From NCBI GenBank assembly GCA_050633165.1, contig JBOEFZ010000014.1:3655-67654 (forward strand): a stretch of DNA of 64,000 bases, written 5' to 3'. Under the pieces are notes generated by a model, which was not told the DNA's origin, did not search any database, and saw only the letters and a list, made by a program, of their open reading frames with translations. Shown piece after piece: positions 9,599-18,718 of the stretch. The stretch is from Alphaproteobacteria bacterium. Lineage in GTDB: Bacteria > Pseudomonadota > Alphaproteobacteria > Micavibrionales > Micavibrionaceae. The first letter of the stretch is position 1, and every line of letters starts with the position of its first letter. Made by a program: the position numbers and the translations under genes.

Positions 9599-10474
9599 AT
9601 GTTCAATCACTTAAGTACAACACAAAAAGGGATGGCGCTTGCGCTCATCGGGTATACGGCGTTCGCGTTTAGTGATGCGAATGTTAAGCATCTGAGCGAA
9701 ATTGGCTATTCCAGTTTTCAAATTATCGTTAGCCTTACGGCGATTGGGGCGGGATTGATGTTGGTTTTTTCTTCGTTTTTGGGCGGGGTACAGAGCCTTA
9801 GGGATGTGGGGAATTTTAAGACGCACGGGGTGCGGATTGTGTTTAATACGGCGGTGAATGTGTTGTTTGTTTATTGCATTGCGCGGATGCCGATTGCGAG
9901 TTTGTATACGGTGATCTTCACCCTGCCCTTTATTGCCGCGATTTTATCGATGATTATTTATAAAGAGCGCGTGAGTGTGCAGCGGTGGATTTCCATTGTT
10001 GCGGGGTTTAGCGGCGTTGTAGTGGCGTTTCAGCCATGGCAGGGGGGGGCGGATTTATTCCTGCTGGCGCTTGCGTTTGTGAATACGGTTTGTATTGCTT
10101 CGACCTTTTTGGCGGCTCGGAATTTAAAAGGGTCGAGTTTACTTGCGATCGGGTTTTATCCGGTTTTGGGGTCGTGTCTTTTGCTTATGCCGCTCGCGGT
10201 GATGAATTTTACGGCGTACGAGATTACGCATGTACCGTTTTTTGTGTTGGCGGGGATCTTGATGAGCACGGGGGTAATTTGCGTCTCCTTTGCCTTTAAA
10301 ATTGCGGATAGTGCGGTTGTGACCCCGATTGTTTATACGGAGATTTTATGGGCGGTGATTTTTGGCGTGCTGGTGTTCGGGGATTATCCGGATCGTTGGA
10401 TGTTGGTGGGGGTTGGCATTATTATTCTGAGCGGGGTTTACATGCTGCATAGCGAGAATAGCGCAAAAAAATAG
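9599..10474 (+). CDS. EamA/DMT-family transporter
   Basis: ~10 TM helices in two EamA-like halves, with the typical length (291 aa). Confidence 0.8.
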   Translation: MFNHLSTTQKGMALALIGYTAFAFSDANVKHLSEIGYSSFQIIVSLTAIGAGLMLVFSSFLGGVQSLRDVGNFKTHGVRIVFNTAVNVLFVYCIARMPIASLYTVIFTLPFIAAILSMIIYKERVSVQRWISIVAGFSGVVVAFQPWQGGADLFLLALAFVNTVCIASTFLAARNLKGSSLLAIGFYPVLGSCLLLMPLAVMNFTAYEITHVPFFVLAGILMSTGVICVSFAFKIADSAVVTPIVYTEILWAVIFGVLVFGDYPDRWMLVGVGIIILSGVYMLHSENSAKK

Positions 10475-10526
10475 CCAGCCTCTGATGCGAGGCTGGCTAT
10501 TTTGTATGCTTCAATCTGAAACGGTA

Positions 10527-12062
10527 TTACATCTGCTTCACGCTTTCCAAGAAGGCATCGACGCGGGTTTGCAGGTCGCCGGATTGCTCGGACAAGCCTT
10601 TTGCGACCTCTAGCATGGTTGTGGCGGCTTCACCGGTTTCACCTGCGGCTTGTTGTACGCCACCGATGTTCGAGGATACTTCCTGTGTTGCGGCGGATTG
10701 CTCTTCTACTGCGCCGGAGATTGCCGTGCTGATTTCATTCACGTTCGAGATTACTTCGGTAATCTTTTTGATTGTCGCCGCAGTGGTTTGGGAGACATTT
10801 TGGATATCACCGATTTGCGAGGAGATTTCCTCGGTTGCCTTGGCGGTTTCGGCCGCGAGGGTTTTGACCTCGGACGCGACAACGGCGAAGCCTTTACCGG
10901 CGTCACCGGCGCGCGCAGCCTCAATCGTCGCGTTCAGCGCGAGGAGGTTTGTTTGATCCGCGATATCGGAGATAAGCTGCGTTACCTCGCCGATTTTCGA
11001 GGCTGCTTCGACGAGGCTGGCGACTAGCTCTTCGGAGCGGCGGGCTTCTTCAACCGCTTCGCCAACGATTGTCACGGAATTTGTTACCTGTCCGGATATT
11101 TCATTGACGGAGGATGATAATTCCTGCGTTGCCGAGGCAACGGTGCTTGATTGTACGCTTGTCTCTTCGGCGGCGGCGGCGAGGGTTTGTGCCGTTCCTT
11201 GCATTTGTGTTGAAGAGGCCGAAAGCGATTCAACCAAAGAGGATACATTGGTTTCAAAATCCATCGCCAAACGGGCATTTTCTTCCTTACGCGGTGTAAG
11301 GTCAGTTGCGAATTTTACGACTTTGAATGGCTTTCCGTTCATATCGAAAATCGGGTTATATGATGCCTCGATCCAGACTTCCTTTCCGCCCTTGCCAAGG
11401 CGTTTATACTGCCCGCTGGAAAATTCACCCGTGCCGAGGGCTTTCCAAAAATCTTTATATTCCTGAGAGGCGGCGAAGGCGGGTTCGGCGAACATGCTAT
11501 GGTGTTTTCCCTTCACCTCATCAAGAGAATACCCCATGACGCTGAGGAAGTTTTCATTGGCATCAATGATTGTGCCGTCCATTTCAAAATGGATGACGGC
11601 TTGTGAACGGCTTAACGACTCGACCTGTCCGGTGTAATCCATCATTTTGGAATCAAACCATTCCATCGCGGAACCCAAACGTGATCCATCGGCAGCGAAA
11701 AGGGGAATGGCACGCAGGCTAAAGACATGTCCGCTTAGGGAAATTGTTGTTTCATACGGCTCGTTCAATACCGCTAGCATTTTACGTTGATGGGAGGGAT
11801 CTTTGTGGAAATCATCGATATTTGTACCAATCAGGTTTTTGACGGAAAAGTTTGGCAACGCTTTTTTGATGTCGCCTTCAACGGAGCTTAAGAAATCCAG
11901 CACGGCATTATTGGCGGCAATGATATTGAGGTCTGTATCGATGATCATCATTCTTGCCGAAACATCCATAAATGTAGCTAAAATCGCATCAACTTCGAGG
12001 GTGTTTTTGCTGCCCCCTTTTGAACCAAAACCCAGTATATTTGAAACAGCATTGCCAGACAT
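10527..12062 (-). CDS. soluble methyl-accepting chemotaxis protein (PAS-PAS-MA signalling domain, no TM segments)
   Basis: The highly conserved MCP hairpin is present: [33 protein letters not shown]. It is preceded by two PAS/PAC-like regions. The ATG at 12062 has a GAGGAGG Shine-Dalgarno 7 nt upstream. Confidence 0.9.
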   Translation of the reverse strand: MSGNAVSNILGFGSKGGSKNTLEVDAILATFMDVSARMMIIDTDLNIIAANNAVLDFLSSVEGDIKKALPNFSVKNLIGTNIDDFHKDPSHQRKMLAVLNEPYETTISLSGHVFSLRAIPLFAADGSRLGSAMEWFDSKMMDYTGQVESLSRSQAVIHFEMDGTIIDANENFLSVMGYSLDEVKGKHHSMFAEPAFAASQEYKDFWKALGTGEFSSGQYKRLGKGGKEVWIEASYNPIFDMNGKPFKVVKFATDLTPRKEENARLAMDFETNVSSLVESLSASSTQMQGTAQTLAAAAEETSVQSSTVASATQELSSSVNEISGQVTNSVTIVGEAVEEARRSEELVASLVEAASKIGEVTQLISDIADQTNLLALNATIEAARAGDAGKGFAVVASEVKTLAAETAKATEEISSQIGDIQNVSQTTAATIKKITEVISNVNEISTAISGAVEEQSAATQEVSSNIGGVQQAAGETGEAATTMLEVAKGLSEQSGDLQTRVDAFLESVKQM

Positions 12063-12243
12063 TCTTGTCCTCCTCGAGATTATAAAAGCCAATTTATCTT
12101 GTCCGAGCACAAGGAAGGCCGTGCCTGATCATGCTCATGTCATTCATATCAGTTATATTTACGCAGAGAAAAATGGATAATTTCAAAGATTCTATCACAG
12201 GAAAATGCGCTATGCCTATGAAAATTTTATTGCTTAGCGCATT

Positions 12244-13521
12244 TTATCGATGGCGTAGCCTCTCCCAATATTCGAGGCGCTTATTGATTTCGCGTTCAAA
12301 GCCGCGCTGTGCGGGTTGATAGAAGCTTTTGCGCGGGAGGGTGTCGGGGAAATATGAGAGGCCGGAGAAGCCTTCCTCCGTGTCGTGATCATAGATGTAG
12401 CCCATACCATAGCCTTCATCTTTCATCATATTCGTTGGCGCGTTCATGGCATGTTTGGGTGGCATGAGGGAGCCATGTTGTTTGGCGGCGGTTTTTGCGG
12501 CCTTTATCGCCATGTAGGACGCGTTTGATTTTGGCGCGCATGCGAGGTAGGTGCAGGCTTGGGCCAGAGCGAGTTCTCCTTCCGGCAGGCCGAGGCGCTC
12601 ATAGGCTTGCCATGCCGCGATGGTGAGGGGGAGGGCATGCGGGTCGGCGTTGGAGATGTCTTCACTGGCGACGCAGGTCATGCGGCGGAAGATGGTGTCG
12701 GGGTCTTCGCCACCCGTCAGCATGCGCGCCATCCAGTATAAAGCAGCGTCGGCGTCGCTGGCGCGTAGGGATTTGTGGAAGGCGGAGAGGAGGTTGTAAT
12801 GCGCTTCATCGCCCTTATCGTAGACAGGGGCGCGGCGGTGGATGAGTTGGAGAAGCTGTTCTTCATTTAGCGTGTCGGTTTGCGCGGCGATTTGCTCGAC
12901 CATGGAGAGGAGGTAGCGCCCATCGCCATCGGCGAGGGTTTTGAGGAGGGTTCGTGCCTCGGGCGTTAGGGGGAGCGGCGCTTGCTTTTCCGCCTTTTGC
13001 AGGAGGGTTTCCAGCGCGTCATCATCGAGGCGTTTAAGCACCATGACTTGCGCGCGGGAGAGCAGCGCAGCATTTAGCTCGAATGAGGGGTTTTCCGTTG
13101 TTGCGCCGATGAGGGTGATGGTGCCGTCCTCCATCACCGGCAGGAAAGCGTCTTGTTGGGATTTATTGAAGCGGTGGATTTCGTCGACGAATAATAATGT
13201 GCTCTGCCCGTTGGCTTTGCGGATTTTTGCGGCTTCGAAAACTTTACGCAGGTCAGCCACGCCGGAGAATATGGCGGAGATTTGCTCGAAATGCTGATCT
13301 GTATGATCGGCGAGGATACGTGCAAGCGTGGTTTTACCGCAGCCCGGCGGCCCCCAGAATATGATGGAGGGGATAAAGCCTCCGCTTAGGGTTTTGGCGA
13401 GCGGTTCGATGACATGCCCCTGCCCTACTACGTCCTTGATGCTTTGCGGGCGCAGGCGGTCGGCAAGAGGGCGGTTTTGATCCGCATTTTCTTTGGCTTC
13501 CGATGCAAATAAATCTGCCAC
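12244..13521 (-). CDS. rarA: replication-associated recombination protein A (AAA+ ATPase RarA/MgsA)
   Basis: Walker A (GPPGCGKTT), Walker B (LFVDEIHRFNK) and the N-terminal PLADRLRP motif are present. The start is uncertain: GTG at 13521 is preferred, and the maximal ORF starts with TTG at 13590. Confidence 0.88.
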   Translation of the reverse strand: MADLFASEAKENADQNRPLADRLRPQSIKDVVGQGHVIEPLAKTLSGGFIPSIIFWGPPGCGKTTLARILADHTDQHFEQISAIFSGVADLRKVFEAAKIRKANGQSTLLFVDEIHRFNKSQQDAFLPVMEDGTITLIGATTENPSFELNAALLSRAQVMVLKRLDDDALETLLQKAEKQAPLPLTPEARTLLKTLADGDGRYLLSMVEQIAAQTDTLNEEQLLQLIHRRAPVYDKGDEAHYNLLSAFHKSLRASDADAALYWMARMLTGGEDPDTIFRRMTCVASEDISNADPHALPLTIAAWQAYERLGLPEGELALAQACTYLACAPKSNASYMAIKAAKTAAKQHGSLMPPKHAMNAPTNMMKDEGYGMGYIYDHDTEEGFSGLSYFPDTLPRKSFYQPAQRGFEREINKRLEYWERLRHR

Positions 13522-13592
13522 TTTTCTTGACCTTGCCCCCAGTTTTATGAAAGATACATCTTTCTTACAACACGCGTTAAGGATCGACAAGC

Positions 13593-14618
13593 ATGTCAGC
13601 GGAACGTTTAGAATATAATGATGAAATTGCAGCAGCGACGGCGCCGGTTTATGAGCAGCTAAAGCATCAATATAAGGAGGCGCATTGGAAGACGCTCGCG
13701 CCTTATATCTTTGAGATCAACCGCCTTAAGCGTGAGAAGAATGCGGTAATTTTGGCGCATAACTATATGACGCCGGATATTTTTTACGGGGTTGGTGATG
13801 TGACGGGGGATTCGTTGATGCTCGCGCAGAAGGCCGCCGAAAGTGATGCGGATATTATCGTGCAATGCGGTGTGCATTTTATGGCGGAAACGGCGAAGAT
13901 TTTATGCCCCGAAAAGACCGTTTTGATGCCGGATATGGAGGCGGGTTGCTCGCTTTCGGAGAGCATTACGGGGGAAGATATTCGCAAGCTTAAGGCGCAG
14001 TATCCGGGCGTTCCGGTTGTGACCTATGTGAACACTTCGGCGGATGTGAAGGCGGAGACGGATGTTTGTTGTACCTCCTCCAACGCGGTGAAGATTATTC
14101 GCGCATTAATTGCGCAGGGGCATAAGCAAATCATTATGACGCCGGATCAATTTTTGGCGAAAAATGTTGCGAACGAAGTGCGCGAGGAAGCGCCGGATGT
14201 GGAGATTATTATTTGGGAAGGGTCGTGCATGGTGCATGAGCGCTTTACCCCCGATGATGTGCGCCGCGTACGGGCGGAGCACCCGTCGGCGTTTGTGTTG
14301 GCGCATCCCGAATGCCCACCCAATGTCATGGCAGAGGCGGATTTTAGCGGATCAACCGCACAGATGGACGATTATATTAAAGAGCATAAGCCGCCTAAGG
14401 CTGTGCTCATGACCGAATGTTCGATGGGGAGTAATCTGGCGGCAGCGAACCCGAGCGTTGAGATGCTCGGGACATGTCAGATGTGTCCGCATATGAAGCG
14501 GATTTCCTTGCCGAAGATATTGAAGAGTTTACAGACCTTGCAACCCGAAGTGATTGTCGAGCCGGAAATTGCGAAACGGGCGCGTAAGGCCGTGGATCGT
14601 ATGTTGGAGTTGAGTTAG
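13593..14618 (+). CDS. nadA: quinolinate synthase A
   Basis: NadA motifs are present: ILAHNYM, VHFMAET, TYVNTSA, the conserved Fe-S Cys residues and AHPECP. Confidence 0.93.
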   Translation: MSAERLEYNDEIAAATAPVYEQLKHQYKEAHWKTLAPYIFEINRLKREKNAVILAHNYMTPDIFYGVGDVTGDSLMLAQKAAESDADIIVQCGVHFMAETAKILCPEKTVLMPDMEAGCSLSESITGEDIRKLKAQYPGVPVVTYVNTSADVKAETDVCCTSSNAVKIIRALIAQGHKQIIMTPDQFLAKNVANEVREEAPDVEIIIWEGSCMVHERFTPDDVRRVRAEHPSAFVLAHPECPPNVMAEADFSGSTAQMDDYIKEHKPPKAVLMTECSMGSNLAAANPSVEMLGTCQMCPHMKRISLPKILKSLQTLQPEVIVEPEIAKRARKAVDRMLELS

Positions 14619-14631
14619 AGAAAAAGAATTT

Positions 14632-14978
14632 GCATCCTGACGAAAGTCAGGATCTCTTCGCATTATGAATGAAAATTATTACGTTTATTTCATAACCAAC
14701 AAACCAAAAGGTACGCTTTATATTGGTATTACGCACGATCTCCGGAAGAGAATTTATCAGCATAAGCATAAAACCATTGAAGGCTTTTCATCAAAATATA
14801 GCCTTACAAAACTTGTGTATTTTGAGCATTATGAAGATAAATGGATTGCAGCGGATCGGGAACGTAAGCTGAAAAACTGGAAACGAAATTGGAAAATTGA
14901 ACTGATTGAAGATCATAATCCGGAATGGAAAGATCTTTACAGCAGTCTTTTTTGAGATCCTGACTTTCGTCAGGATGC
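14632..14978. mobile_element. 347 bp cassette: GIY-YIG ORF bounded by perfect 23 bp inverted termini, each itself a hairpin
   Basis: 14632-14654 (gcatcctgacgaaagtcaggatc) is the exact reverse complement of 14956-14978 (gatcctgactttcgtcaggatgc). The cassette sits between nadA and nadC. Confidence 0.45.
14665..14955 (+). CDS. GIY-YIG nuclease family protein (small, COG2827-like)
   Basis: The N-terminus YYVYFITNKPKGTLYIGITHDL.KR..QHK matches the GIY-(10-11)-YIG motif. The ORF is AT-rich relative to its neighbours. Confidence 0.85.
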   Translation: MNENYYVYFITNKPKGTLYIGITHDLRKRIYQHKHKTIEGFSSKYSLTKLVYFEHYEDKWIAADRERKLKNWKRNWKIELIEDHNPEWKDLYSSLF

Positions 14979-14997
14979 GAGAAAAGAGAGATTTGTT

Positions 14998-15837
14998 ATG
15001 CATCGAATATCGATTGAACCCATTGTTAAGGCGGCTTTGCTCGAAGATCTTGGGCATGGGAGCGACATTACGTCGGAGGCGGTTATTCCGGCGGGTTTGA
15101 ATGCGCGGGCGGTGATTAATACGCGTGAGGATGGGGTTATTGCGGGGGTTGAGGTTGCGGTTTTAGCGTTTCGCTTGGTTGACCCCAGCCTTGAAGTGAT
15201 CGTGCATAAGCGGGATGGTGAGGCGATTACCGCCGGTGATAAGATTTTGACCATTTCCGGTTCGGCGCGATCCATTACGACGGCGGAGCGGGTGGCGCTT
15301 AATTTTGCTTCGCATTTATCGGGGATTGCGAGCGCGACGGCGGCTTATGTTGCGCGATGCGCAGGGACAAGCGCGAAAGTATGTTGCACGCGTAAGACTT
15401 TGCCGGGTTTACGGGGTTTGCAGAAACAGGCGGTTTTGCTTGGCGGTGGTGCTAATCACCGTTTTGGCCTTGATGATGCTATCCTTATTAAGGACAATCA
15501 TATTGCGATGGCGGGCGGCGTGAATGCTGTGCTTGATGCTGCGCAAGCGCGATGTAGCCATATGATGAAGATCGAGATTGAGGTTGATACGCTTGATCAG
15601 TTATCGCAGGTTTTGAAACATGGCGGCGCGGATATTGTGCTGCTTGATAACATGGATAACGATACTTTGCGTGAAGCCGTCGCAATGGTTGATGGTACAA
15701 TGGTGTGCGAGGCTTCGGGCGGTGTTAACCTTGAAACCGTGCAAGGGATTGCGCAAACGGGCGTGGATTATATTTCCGTGGGTGCGTTGACGCATTCGGT
15801 TACCGTGCTGGATTTGGGCTTGGATATCGAGATTTAG
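14998..15837 (+). CDS. nadC: nicotinate-nucleotide pyrophosphorylase (carboxylating)
   Basis: Family motifs are present: TRKT.PGLR, GGG.NHR.GL.D..LIKDNH, ASGG and length of 279 aa. Confidence 0.93.
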   Translation: MHRISIEPIVKAALLEDLGHGSDITSEAVIPAGLNARAVINTREDGVIAGVEVAVLAFRLVDPSLEVIVHKRDGEAITAGDKILTISGSARSITTAERVALNFASHLSGIASATAAYVARCAGTSAKVCCTRKTLPGLRGLQKQAVLLGGGANHRFGLDDAILIKDNHIAMAGGVNAVLDAAQARCSHMMKIEIEVDTLDQLSQVLKHGGADIVLLDNMDNDTLREAVAMVDGTMVCEASGGVNLETVQGIAQTGVDYISVGALTHSVTVLDLGLDIEI

Positions 15838-15870
15838 GGAATTTTTACCTTTCTTATATAAAGTGATGGA

Positions 15871-16443
15871 ATGGGCAAATTACGGGGCTTCTTATTTGCG
15901 GGTTTGTTGATGGTTTTTATGGTGCAAAGCCCGCTTGCGCTTGCCAAAAGCGGGAAGCTTTCGACGTCGAGCATCAAGAGATTTATCAAAGAAACGACGC
16001 AAGTTACCTCCGGTCAGCATGAAGATTACGGCAATGTCGCCGCGATTACCGGATATTTACAAACTCATATCGCCGATAATGGCCGTTTCCAGAGTAGTGT
16101 GACCTTTACCATGCCCGGACAAGACGCGCAGACGCAGCATATGGATTTGAAGAAGAAGGATTTTATGCGCTATGTCATTCAATCGTCGCAAAGTTTGCAG
16201 GATTATGAGAGCAAGACCCGCGTTCTGAATTCACGGATTTCTGAGGATGGGAAGCGCGCCTATGTTCAGACCAGCGGTGTTGAGCGTGGGGTTATGCCGA
16301 CCCCGACGAATAACGGCGGCGTTGAGTTTGTGCCGTTTGAGGGAACTTCGAATTGTCAGCAGATTATCAAGCTCAGCCGCAAGGATGTCATACAGATGTA
16401 TTCGGCGGTGTGCGAAACGGATGTTGAATTTTCCGCGCCTTAA
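15871..16443 (+). CDS. hypothetical exported protein
   Basis: A signal-peptide-like N-terminus is present (LLMVFMVQSPLALAKS). I recognise no family. Confidence 0.55.
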   Translation: MGKLRGFLFAGLLMVFMVQSPLALAKSGKLSTSSIKRFIKETTQVTSGQHEDYGNVAAITGYLQTHIADNGRFQSSVTFTMPGQDAQTQHMDLKKKDFMRYVIQSSQSLQDYESKTRVLNSRISEDGKRAYVQTSGVERGVMPTPTNNGGVEFVPFEGTSNCQQIIKLSRKDVIQMYSAVCETDVEFSAP

Positions 16444-16474
16444 TTGCGATAAATGAACGACCTCTCGCTTTTTA

Positions 16475-17266
16475 TTAACGCTGCGTCATCATTTTTTTGA
16501 TTTCGGCGATGGCTTTGGCGGGGTTTAGTCCTTTTGGACAGGTGCTGGTGCAGTTCATGATGGTGTGGCAGCGGTAAAGTTTGAACGGGTCTTCGAGCGC
16601 GTCGAGGCGTTTATCGGTTGCGTCATCACGGCTGTCGGCGATCCAGCGATAGGCTTGGAGGAGGATTGCCGGCCCAAGGAATTTATCGCCGTTCCACCAA
16701 TATGACGGGCAAGAGGTCGAGCAGCAGAAACATAAGATGCAGCCAGCAGGGCCGTGGCCGTCCGCGCCATTGAGGATAGTTGCATCTTCATCGCTTTGCA
16801 GGCGCTCTTCGGTCGGGTTTGGTGTGTCGGATTGTAGCCATGGCTCAATCGATTCGTATTGTTTATAAACCGCGTTCAGATCGGGGACGAGGTCTTTGAC
16901 AACCGGCATATGGGGGAGCGGCGTGATAACGGCATCGCCGCTGATATCCTCGATCGCCTTTGTGCAGGCAAGGGTGTTCGTACCATCGATATTCATCGCG
17001 CAAGAGCCGCAAATCCCCTCGCGGCAGGAACGGCGCAGGGTTAGGGTTTGGTCGACATCGTTTTTAATGTGGAGCAGCGCGTCGAGCACCATCGGCCCGC
17101 AATTATCGAGGTCGATTTTATACTCATCCATACGCGGATTTTTGTCATCATCGGGGTCCCAACGGTAGACTTTGAACGTTTTTGTGTTTTTTGCGTCATC
17201 GTTGGCGGCGTTGATTTGTTCGCCTTTGGTGATTTTGGAATTTGCGGGGAGGGAGAATTCAGCCAT
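16475..17266 (-). CDS. sdhB: succinate dehydrogenase iron-sulfur subunit
   Basis: The three Cys clusters are present: [41 protein letters not shown] prefer the ATG at 17266 (MAEFSLP...). Confidence 0.95.
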   Translation of the reverse strand: MAEFSLPANSKITKGEQINAANDDAKNTKTFKVYRWDPDDDKNPRMDEYKIDLDNCGPMVLDALLHIKNDVDQTLTLRRSCREGICGSCAMNIDGTNTLACTKAIEDISGDAVITPLPHMPVVKDLVPDLNAVYKQYESIEPWLQSDTPNPTEERLQSDEDATILNGADGHGPAGCILCFCCSTSCPSYWWNGDKFLGPAILLQAYRWIADSRDDATDKRLDALEDPFKLYRCHTIMNCTSTCPKGLNPAKAIAEIKKMMTQR

Positions 17267-17448
17267 TATTTCTTCACTTCGTTTACCCCATATTACCATG
17301 GGAGGGGTCAAACCCCTTTGTTTTCATTGCCTTTTTTATCAGTTCGTTTCGCTCCTGCCGAAATTGAGAATAGCTCTCAATCTGCCAAGCGTTTCAAACA
17401 CTTATCGTCGCCATGGTAACACGGGTGCGGGGATTTTGTGAAGGGGGA

Positions 17449-17480
17449 TTTTAAACCGCAGAGACGCAGAGGGCGCGGAG
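17449..17480. repeat. half-copy of the word-repeat element (ttttaaaccgcagag-acgcagag-ggcgcggag)
   Basis: Three tandem 8-9 nt words follow a TTTTAAAC lead. The architecture matches 6194-6233. Confidence 0.6.
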
Positions 17481-17481
17481 G

Positions 17482-18372
17482 TTATGCGTGGGGTTCGGGT
17501 TTGTCAAATGTCATTAACTCACCAAGCATTGCTCTTAACTTTGCAAGACGGATGTTTTTAGGCGCACGCGGGTCTTTTCCGTCATCTGTTTTGAAACACA
17601 TGTTAGGCCCCCACTTATTTTCGTACATAGCATCATCAGCCCGCGTGATAGATTCACTAACAGTGTCAGGCAATAAAATATTAGAAGGCATATCCGCAAC
17701 ATCAAACACATCTACACCAATACTCGCGCCAATTGGGAAAGGAACGTCATTTCTGCTCATTTTATGTAGCCCAGCCAAGCATGCACGAACTTTTTTTACA
17801 ACAAGGCTTTCATCGAATTTATCATCACCATTAAATGGTAGAATTAATACAATTTCATCACCGCCTTTGCGAACAACTAAATCTCTTTCAAAAAACTCAT
17901 TTGATAGCCTATTGATGACCTCTATTAACGCTTCATCACCAGCCTTGTGACCGCAGTTATCATTAAGTTCTTTGAAACCATCCAAATCGATAAATATTGT
18001 TGCGTACTGCCGCGCAGGATATCTTTGTGAGCGCTCCAATTCTTTGGCAAGCCCGTTTAGGTTTAATGCACCTGTAAGTGGATCATAACCTGCTCTTTCA
18101 AGCTGTCTGTGCTTACCTTGCAGTGTGATCATTAAGCCTTTAACTAGCTTTATGATTGATGCAGGTGTTTGACCTGCTTCGCGATCAAGTATTTCAGAAA
18201 ACTCGTTCCGTAATTTTTGAGGTATGCCTATACGTTGTATATGACCATCGGCGAGATAATCATTAATATGATCTACAGTCGTTATCTTTGCACTAATTTC
18301 TTCTACTTGCGAAGCTTCAGAAAAATCTTTAGTTGGCCTTATTATCGACACTGCACACACCTCCCCATTCAT
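17482..18372 (-). CDS. GGDEF-domain protein (motif GGDEI), with an unknown N-terminal ~95 aa region and a ~50 aa C-terminal tail
   Basis: Diguanylate-cyclase fold motifs are present: YDPLTGALN, IFIDLDGFKELND..GH.AGD, RKGGDEIVLILP, ADDAMYENK. Hand counts on two 60 nt lines give ~37-43% GC. Confidence 0.8.
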   Translation of the reverse strand: MNGEVCAVSIIRPTKDFSEASQVEEISAKITTVDHINDYLADGHIQRIGIPQKLRNEFSEILDREAGQTPASIIKLVKGLMITLQGKHRQLERAGYDPLTGALNLNGLAKELERSQRYPARQYATIFIDLDGFKELNDNCGHKAGDEALIEVINRLSNEFFERDLVVRKGGDEIVLILPFNGDDKFDESLVVKKVRACLAGLHKMSRNDVPFPIGASIGVDVFDVADMPSNILLPDTVSESITRADDAMYENKWGPNMCFKTDDGKDPRAPKNIRLAKLRAMLGELMTFDKPEPHA

Positions 18373-18447
18373 TAATGAAGAGAGAATATATTAATTTACA
18401 TATTGATGCAAGCTTTTTAATTCTGGACAGAATTGAGAGGCGGAAAA

Positions 18448-18693
18448 TTAGTCCAACTTGCCGTCTTTCAACGCATTAAGCAGTTCTATCACGCTGCGTT
18501 TTTCTTTTACGTTGGCGGTGAAGGACCAGATTAGGGCGGCGATCCAGCCTATGCCGGTTATGCCGAGGAGGATGTTGAGCAGTAGAATCGGGATGAAATT
18601 ATTGTGGCGGCGGATTAATGCTACCCCCGTTGGGATGAGGTAGATTGTTACCATCAGGATAATGCCGATAATGACGCGGACTGCTGTTCCCAT
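18448..18693 (-). CDS. small 2-TM membrane protein of the superinfection-immunity (PF14373-like) family
   Basis: IYLIPTGVALIRRHNNFIPILLLNILLGITGIGWIAALIWSF follows the family pattern (P..iA..R.h.N....f.lN.llG.T.iGW..AliW) as I remember it. Confidence 0.6.
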   Translation of the reverse strand: MGTAVRVIIGIILMVTIYLIPTGVALIRRHNNFIPILLLNILLGITGIGWIAALIWSFTANVKEKRSVIELLNALKDGKLD

Positions 18694-18718
18694 TTCATGC
18701 TTCCTTTTTGATTGCGGT

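Noticed and set aside
13522-13590. The maximal rarA ORF start at 13590, which would leave 2 nt between divergent rarA and nadA.
   Set aside because: The codon at 13590 is TTG and would leave no promoter space. The GTG at 13521 puts the conserved PLADRLRP motif at the usual distance from the N-terminus. The start remains uncertain.
18448-18693. The superinfection-immunity family gene as evidence of a prophage.
   Set aside because: The window contains no integrase, capsid, tail, terminase or attachment-site-like tRNA. The family is widespread as a stand-alone bacterial membrane protein.
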